Part shown: positions 40,165-47,650 of the stretch, one piece after another
How positions within the stretch are numbered: the first letter of the stretch is position 1
Layout: each line of letters starts with the position of its first letter
Source of the DNA: Octopus sinensis
Lineage: Eukaryota
Direction: 5' to 3'
Length of the DNA: 47,650 nucleotides
Assembly (NCBI RefSeq): GCF_006345805.1
Contig: NW_021834503.1
Coordinates: 1 to 47,650, forward strand
Notes under the pieces: model-generated
The model's input: only the letters and a program-made list of their open reading frames with translations
What the model was told of the DNA's origin: nothing
The model's database searches: none
Translations under genes and position numbers: made by a program

Positions 40165-40971
40165 AGATAGATATAGATATAGTTGTATGGCTTGTATCGC
40201 TGTATGGATGTATATAGGTATATATATATATATATATGTATATGTATATGTATATATATGGATGTATATATATATATGGATATATATTGGTATATATGTA
40301 TAATATATATATATATATATATATAATATATATATTATTAATATATATATATATATATAATATATATACAACACACACATACATGTATGTAAGTCTAATT
40401 GATTCCGTAAAAAGAGCTTGTCTTCGTTTTCTTTTATTTCCATTTTATTTTTAGTTTCATTTATATTGTTTATTTTTCACGTGTTAATTGATATTTAGTT
40501 ATATTTCTTTGTCATAAAATCATCCAATCAAAGAAAATAAACATAAATATCATTCAACTTCAGAAAGGTTACACATAAGAACGAAGGAGAATAGATTTTC
40601 CCAACTAGAAACTCTTTTTAACCATTGTTGTCAGGAACAAAGCCACCGACGTCCCCGAAGCTGTTTAACACGTACGACCTCACACATACACATATAGACA
40701 CACACACATATACACACATATACACGGATGCACGCACGCATGTTTTGCACAAAAGCACATACATACAGCAAAAAGCATACACGCACACATGAGAAGAGAT
40801 ACGTAGCATCTGGGATGTCATCAATGAAGGCATTATGCAGGTAAATGAGCACGAAGCTGGAAATGTATATCTAAGCATTGGCACAGACATACATTCAGGT
40901 ATCCATCTGTCTATCAATCTATCTATCTGCATGACTCTTTCTCTTACTCTCTCATTCTCCCTCCCTCTCTG

Positions 40972-41013
<42 letters not shown>

Positions 41014-42423
41014 ATATATATATATAACATGGATACATATATATTCATATATCTGATGGACAAAAAATTATTTATGCGCGTGTATGTATGCATGTCTGTA
41101 TATATGTGTACATATATCTATCTGTATGTATATGCAGACAAATACATAGATAGACAGACAGACAGACATATACATACATATATATATGTACGTGTATATA
41201 TATATACAGAAAGTTAGATATATGCATATATTTATATATATATTATATATTTATATATATGTATACATATATATATATATATGCATACACATAGCATATA
41301 CATCTGTGCGTTCGTGTATGTGCGTGTGTTTGCGTGTGTGTATGTGTGTGTCATATTACTTTTGTCGTCCCTTAATCATTGCCTTACTACACTTGTCTCC
41401 GTATCAATATTCGCATTGCCACCCCCCTTTCTTCAGTTCCCACCCTCGCTACCGCCTTTGATTGAATGGTTTCTTCATATCAATACAGATCTATTTTTAA
41501 TTAAAAATTCGCAACACGATTAATAGAGATAAAGAAATTTACCACGCAGTTTTTACCGATTCCTTCATAACGAAAATACCAATTACATTCTCTTTATATT
41601 TTCTTTATTCCGTACCATTCTGTGAGTTAGTATGAATTCCAATGAATGCTACAATGATGGCTACATTTGATTCAGAATCTATACCTATCACCCACCTGTC
41701 GTTTCCATAGACTAAACGTAGTACTGAAGTATGTGTCGCCTAAATAGATATTTATGCTGTTACGTAATATTACCGCCTGCGGCTTTCGTTAACATTTTCA
41801 CATTACATGATCTGATAAAACGACATATTGTATCGTAAATAAGTCATTGTCAGATCTAACACAAGATCATCACAAATTCCTTATTGAAAAGATAAAGTAT
41901 TTCTGATGTAATATATATTAATTTACGGTTAGAGAATATCATATACATTCCTTAACTCCTATCTTGCATCTGTTTTCACCCCGCTCGATACTAGCGACAG
42001 CTTCAATTAATTTTGTGTGCTTATGATTTAGAAACACGTTTCGTTTCTTCCTATAAATAATTGATTGTTTCCCTTACTACTAATCGCTATATAGTTTTCT
42101 TGTTTATTTTCTATATTGTGTTCATTTTAATTTCGGCTTGTCGGTTTTGCATTCTAACCTACCTGTAACAATGAAATAAGCTGTCATTGACTAGCCCGCT
42201 CCCCAGAAATTTCAGGGCTTGTGCCTATAGTAGGCAAACCTAAAATAATAAATCCCTACATGGTCATGAAGCTATACTCTAGTTACGGTTCATTGACGAC
42301 GCCATTTTTTTTTTGTAAGGAACAGAGGATAGTTTAACCAAGTTTTTACATTGCTGTGACTGCTTCGCGGAAGAACGTGGTCTTAAGTCCAAAATAAAAT
42401 TCACGCCGAGCTTTTCAAAAACT

Positions 42424-42651
42424 ATACTCTTTACTCTTTACTCTTTTACTTGTTTCAGTCATTTGACTGCGGTCATGCGGGAGCACCACCTTTAGTCGAG
42501 CAAATCGACCCCGGGACTTATTCTTTGTAAGCCCAGTACTTAATCTATCGGTCTCTTTTGCCGAACCGCTAGGTGACGGGGACGTAAACACACCACCGTC
42601 GGTTGTCAAGCAATGCTAGGGGGACAAATACACACACACATACACACGCAT

Positions 42652-42689
<38 letters not shown>

Positions 42690-42851
42690 GACAGGCTTCT
42701 TTCAGTTTCCGTCTACCAAATCCACTCACAAGGCATTGGTCGGCCCGGGGCTATAGCAGAAGACACTTGCCCGAGATGCCACGCAGTGGGACTGAACCCG
42801 GAATCATGTGGTTGGTTAGCAAGCTACTTACCACACAGCCACTCCCGCGCC
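42424..42851 (-). mobile_element. Full composite SINE A+B
   Basis: Reverse-complement match to 43748. Confidence 0.9.
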
Positions 42852-43189
42852 TATGCGTCGAATTTTTGAACAAAAAAGTCAAGTTTTCGGAAGGCCGAAT
42901 TGTCACAGACATATTTTTCAAACACACGTCATCCCATATTTATCGCCACTCTGATCATCCACATCATATAATCAGATCAAATCCGAAGTTTGAAGGATTA
43001 GACGTTTTTTCACAGACACTGGAAATTATTGGTAACATGCAAATACTTTTGTGCAGCATTATGTAAAGCTAGGTTATCGGGAAACACGATTATAGGAAAT
43101 CGCAAATGACAAAGCTGAAATTAGTAGTGCTAATTAAACATTCACACCTAATTTTAGCAGTCAGAAAATAGCTTATGGCCGAATAAGGT

Positions 43190-43356
43190 GATTTTCCACT
43201 ATGGCATCTGCTTGGTTATCCTGAATTTCTTGATTTGTCTTAACAATAATATTCCAAAGGATTGTATCTTCAACATTCCGGACAACCTCTAGTGGTTTAT
43301 GTTCCTACCAATTTTCTTTCTAACGGGGGACGTATGCACGACATATTGACCAGGGC
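43190..43356 (-). mobile_element. Highly degenerate R4/Dong-clade remnant (may extend to about 43560)
   Basis: WSICRAYVPR*KENW*EHKPLEVVRNVEDTILWNIIVKTNQEIQDNQADAIV matches the pattern HW.IC..Y....W.EH.P..V.EN....ILWDF.IQTD..I..N.PDIV. Confidence 0.7.
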
Positions 43357-43702
43357 ATGAGGAATTACAACCGTGTTTCGTGGTCTGCTACTACAACAGC
43401 TCCTTTATAGGATCCTGTTAGCTCAAGACACCATCAGGAGGAAACACGTCCGGTTTCGGCCTCTACTCCTCTACCGTTTTGACGTGGCGTCCCCCAGCTC
43501 TGGAGTTGGGTGCATATATTCTTTCTTGTTATGCCAGAAGTTTTTCGACCAGGGTCTATATGGTCATTAGGGGGTCAATGTAAGATTTTTTGATGACATG
43601 CGTGTGCAATAGATTTCTTATGCGTCTACAATACACAAAATATTTTAAATTGGTAAAACCAATTCCTAATAATATTTAATTATGAAACTAATGGTAGGAT
43701 CT

Positions 43703-43747
<45 letters not shown>

Positions 43748-43749
<2 letters not shown>

Positions 43750-44166
43750 CGCAGGAGTGGCCGTGTGGTAAGTAGCTTCTTTACCAACCACATGATTCCG
43801 GGTTCAGTCCCACTGCGTGGCAACTTGGGCAAGTGTCTTCTGCTATAGTCCCGGGCCGACCAATGCCTTGTGAGTGGATCTGGTAGACGGAAACTGAAAG
43901 ATGCCTGTCGTATATATGTAGATATATATATATGTATGTATGTGTATGTGTTTGTGTGTCTGTGTTTGTCTCCCTAGCATTGCTTGACAACCGATGCTGG
44001 TGTGTTTACGTCCCCGTCACTTAGCGGTTCGGCAAAAGAGACCGATAGAATAAGTACTGGGCTTACAAAGAATAAGTCCCGGGGTCGATTTGTTCGACTA
44101 AAGGCGGTGCTCCATCATGGCCGCAGTCAAATGACTGAAACAAGTAAAAGAGTAAAAGAGTAAAGA
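43748..44166 (+). mobile_element. Full composite SINE A+B inserted in a (TA)n tract
   Basis: Complete head, internal TA/TG tract and tail ending (GAGTAAAA)n. Confidence 0.9.
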
Positions 44167-44267
44167 ATATATATATATAATTATTTGAGGGAATATATTC
44201 CTAACTTACAGGGAAAATTCAATTTTGAAATACTAAATCAAATTTCATAAAATATAATAAATACATA

Positions 44268-44501
44268 TATAAATTAGAAAAAAACTACCTTTTATCAATT
44301 CAAAACGAACAATTAAATAACACCATCTAGAATATTACATATAATAAAAATATTAAAATTAAAATAACAATAATATTAATAATAATAATATACCTATTAT
44401 TATTTTAATTTTAATTTTAATATTTCTATTATATGTAATTTTCTAGATGGTGTAATTTAATTGTTCGTTTTGAATTGATAAAAGGTATTTTTTAATTTAT
44501 A
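44268..44501. repeat. AT-rich fold-back with a core arm of about 80 bp and 3 mismatches
   Basis: 44286-44365 compared with the reverse complement of 44408-44487. Confidence 0.9.
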
Positions 44502-44502
44502 A

Positions 44503-44565
<63 letters not shown>

Positions 44566-45150
44566 GGAATGGCAATGGAGGTCCAGTAGGGTAGAATAGA
44601 AATCAAAGAGGTCCAGTGGCAACAAATGGCTGAGAGCCACTGAGTTATGTTGTTGCAAGAATTCTGTTGAGGCTAAATCGACTGCATACAGAGATTACGT
44701 GGTCGATTGTCTCTTTATTTTCTTCGCATACGCTGCACCAACGAACTGCTTGTCATACGCCAGAACACCACACTGCTAACCCCTACTTGGAAGCCGCTTA
44801 CTACCACCGCCCTTCTTCCCATGAAATGCACTTAAAAAAACACAGATAAACAAACATTACAAGAACTGTCGAAACTAAGAATGAGTTTAATTAAATTATC
44901 AAATATATTTTTCTAATTTAATTAATTACAATTTAGCTCAATTTTCCTATTCGTGTTATTTATTATCTAATAACAGCTGTTTCAGTTTGAGTTTTGTTTA
45001 TTACGTCCTGAGAGATATCTTTCAAACGATGTCTTTGTTTAATAATTTTATCAATGTTTACTCTTGTTATCTATCGTTTCGTTTTAATCTATTATGTGGC
45101 CTTATGCCTCAGCCGGAGACTGTCACAGGCGTTTATATAAAATAAACCTA

Positions 45151-45429
45151 TCTTTTATCGTTTACTTGTTTCAGTCATTAGAGTACGGTCATCCAAGTTC
45201 TTATATCTCAAGTCTGATACTTATTCCATCAGTGCCTTTTGCAAACCCATTATCTTGCGCTAAGGTAAACACACCAACACCGGTTGTGATGACATGTGAG
45301 ACAAACAACGATAGACAAACAAACACATGCATAACCACACATATACACAGAGGAATATATACACACACATATATATGTGTATACACCCACATACAAACAC
45401 AAACACACACACATACACACTCACACACA

Positions 45430-45473
<44 letters not shown>

Positions 45474-45840
45474 TGTGTGTGCTTATTACGCGGCGAGCTA
45501 GCAGAAACGTTAGCACGCCGGGCGAAATGCGTAGCCGTATTCCGTCTGCCGTTACATCCTGAGATCAAATTCCGCCGAGGTCCACTTTGCCATTCATCAT
45601 TTCGGGGTCGATAAATTAAGTACCAGCTACGCACTGGGGTCGATGTAATCGACTTAATCCGTTTGTCTGTCCTTGTTTGTCCCCTCTGTGTTTAGCCCCT
45701 TGTGGGTAGTAAAGAAATGGGTATGTGCTTTTTACGCGACCATAGGCTATAATACAAGATCCTTGCCCAGGTTACAGCACGATGGAACTACATCCGCAAC
45801 TCTGTGGTTACAGAGCAAGCTACCTAACACTACGCCTCAT
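45151..45840. mobile_element. Young SINE C (+, 45491-45722) nested in an old minus-strand A+B SINE
   Basis: A degenerate B tail lies to the left and a degenerate A head to the right. TSD-like GTGTGTGCTTATTACGCG / GTATGTGCTTTTTACGCG. Confidence 0.75.
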
Positions 45841-46194
45841 TATTTAGTCATATGATTCATACCGTATTATTTTCAAATGGGAGTGTAGTCTTCCTGAATC
45901 TTTTGAGGATATGAAACGAACGGTCCCAAAATACATACTTTTTAAATGCAGCGTGAAAACGAATGAAGATCTAGAACGAATTACACACGTTCCGACACGT
46001 TCTATGACTGCAAAGTTTCGGTTCACATCCCCTCCTCAGACTGTGTGACAATGGCCACAAAGCCCCAACTTCGGGGTACTGTAACCCATTACGTTGTTAC
46101 ACTACCATAAATGTTATATTGTTTTTAACTGCAATGAGTGATACCTCGATACATACATGACTATTATATATATACACATATATACATATATACT

Positions 46195-46274
<80 letters not shown>

Positions 46275-46801
46275 TAGTGCGAATGAGTGTTCAACACGGC
46301 ATTACTGATAAATATTGTGGGGTAAAAAAGCAACAATTGTTCATATGAGAGATATCCACAATTGTCCAAGCATGCTACATAGAAGTATTGTTACTCGTCT
46401 CCGTTTTGGATGGGAATACAGGAGTATACACTAGACTGAATGGGATTTCAAAATAACTATACAGATCACAGGAGGTAAATTATAAGAATATCCTAATTTT
46501 CATTTCCCTTGCATTAGACCTCGATTTTACAAGAATTTGTGTTCACCCTATGTCAGTCAATTCCTAAATTATCTTATACGAGAACCTACGATTTTAAATC
46601 ACAAATTGGCACACACATATCTATCTAAAGCAAATATTATGCTACATAATATATATATCTAATTATATATTATATATATATATATATAAACATACATATA
46701 TATATAGATATATACATACACATATATATATATACATATATATGCGTATATATATATATATATTTACATACTCACGTATATGTGTGTGTCTGTGTGTTAG
46801 T

Positions 46802-46846
<45 letters not shown>

Positions 46847-47453
46847 CAAGTGTTCGTATGTTTGTGTGACGCACTTTATACACACGTATCTGTCTATCTG
46901 TTCTCCGTTTTACATTTTTACCTCTGCTCTGGCATCGTATCTCTCGAACAAATTAAAATCAGCATTTACAAGAATAGTTCCACCGAAAAAGGCATTCAAG
47001 GGTTATCTTGGCACGCTCTCACACCTCGTCCCCTTTCACTTTCGCTTTCCATACACAAAGCCTCTCCCTCCTTCATAACCCCTAACATATCTCCCTCCCT
47101 TTCTGACACTTCCCATTTGCCTCTTCCCTTTCGATCATTTTACATTTTTTTTTCCTCGCTAACATCTCCTTAAAATTTAAGACGGATAGAGTCTTATCTG
47201 AAACCATTTCAAATTCCGAAATTAAAGATTCTCGAGAATGGCAAATCGAGAAAGTGATAAAAAAAAAAAAAACGGAATACCGAAATTATTTACTCTAAAA
47301 TGTTACATTATGGATATTTGTTTATTTGATATTTCTGTTTGTGTGGGTTTTGTGTTGCTTGTTGTTGGGGCTTCCAGCTATTTATTAGTACAAATAATTA
47401 TTTTCAAAGTTTTTGCATTAACACAACAGTTATTTATAATGTATGCCTGCATG

Positions 47454-47491
<38 letters not shown>

Positions 47492-47544
47492 AGTATGTAT
47501 GTATTACGTATGTATATAGATAGATAGATATATGCATGTACGTA

Positions 47545-47590
<46 letters not shown>

Positions 47591-47650
47591 TTAAATATAT
47601 ATAGGATATAAAATTTTGTATTTACATTAATGTATAATATATATATCATA

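Overview
AT-rich, repeat-saturated eukaryotic DNA, most likely from an Octopus-type coleoid cephalopod. That assignment is inferred from the tRNA-derived SINE families and the very dense (TA)n, (ATT)n and (GAT)n arrays. I found no identifiable intact host gene. Nearly all entries in the ORF track are translations of microsatellites or repeats. The window contains: (1) about 20 full or partial tRNA-derived SINE copies built from interchangeable heads and tails, several with target-site duplications; (2) five remnants of R4/Dong-clade non-LTR retrotransposons, three of them embedded in (TAA)n arrays; (3) single RTE, CR1 and Tc1/mariner remnants; (4) an intact 400-bp non-autonomous Helitron; (5) at least three short non-coding repeat families carrying minimal type I hammerhead ribozyme motifs of the Penelope/retrozyme kind, one as a 588-bp unit with a 62-bp terminal direct repeat; (6) three near-perfect fold-back palindromes beside TA arrays. 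The most promising leads are the hammerhead-bearing units, the modular SINE system and the closely spaced inverted SINE pair. Coordinates were read by eye, and the ends of degenerate elements are approximate.
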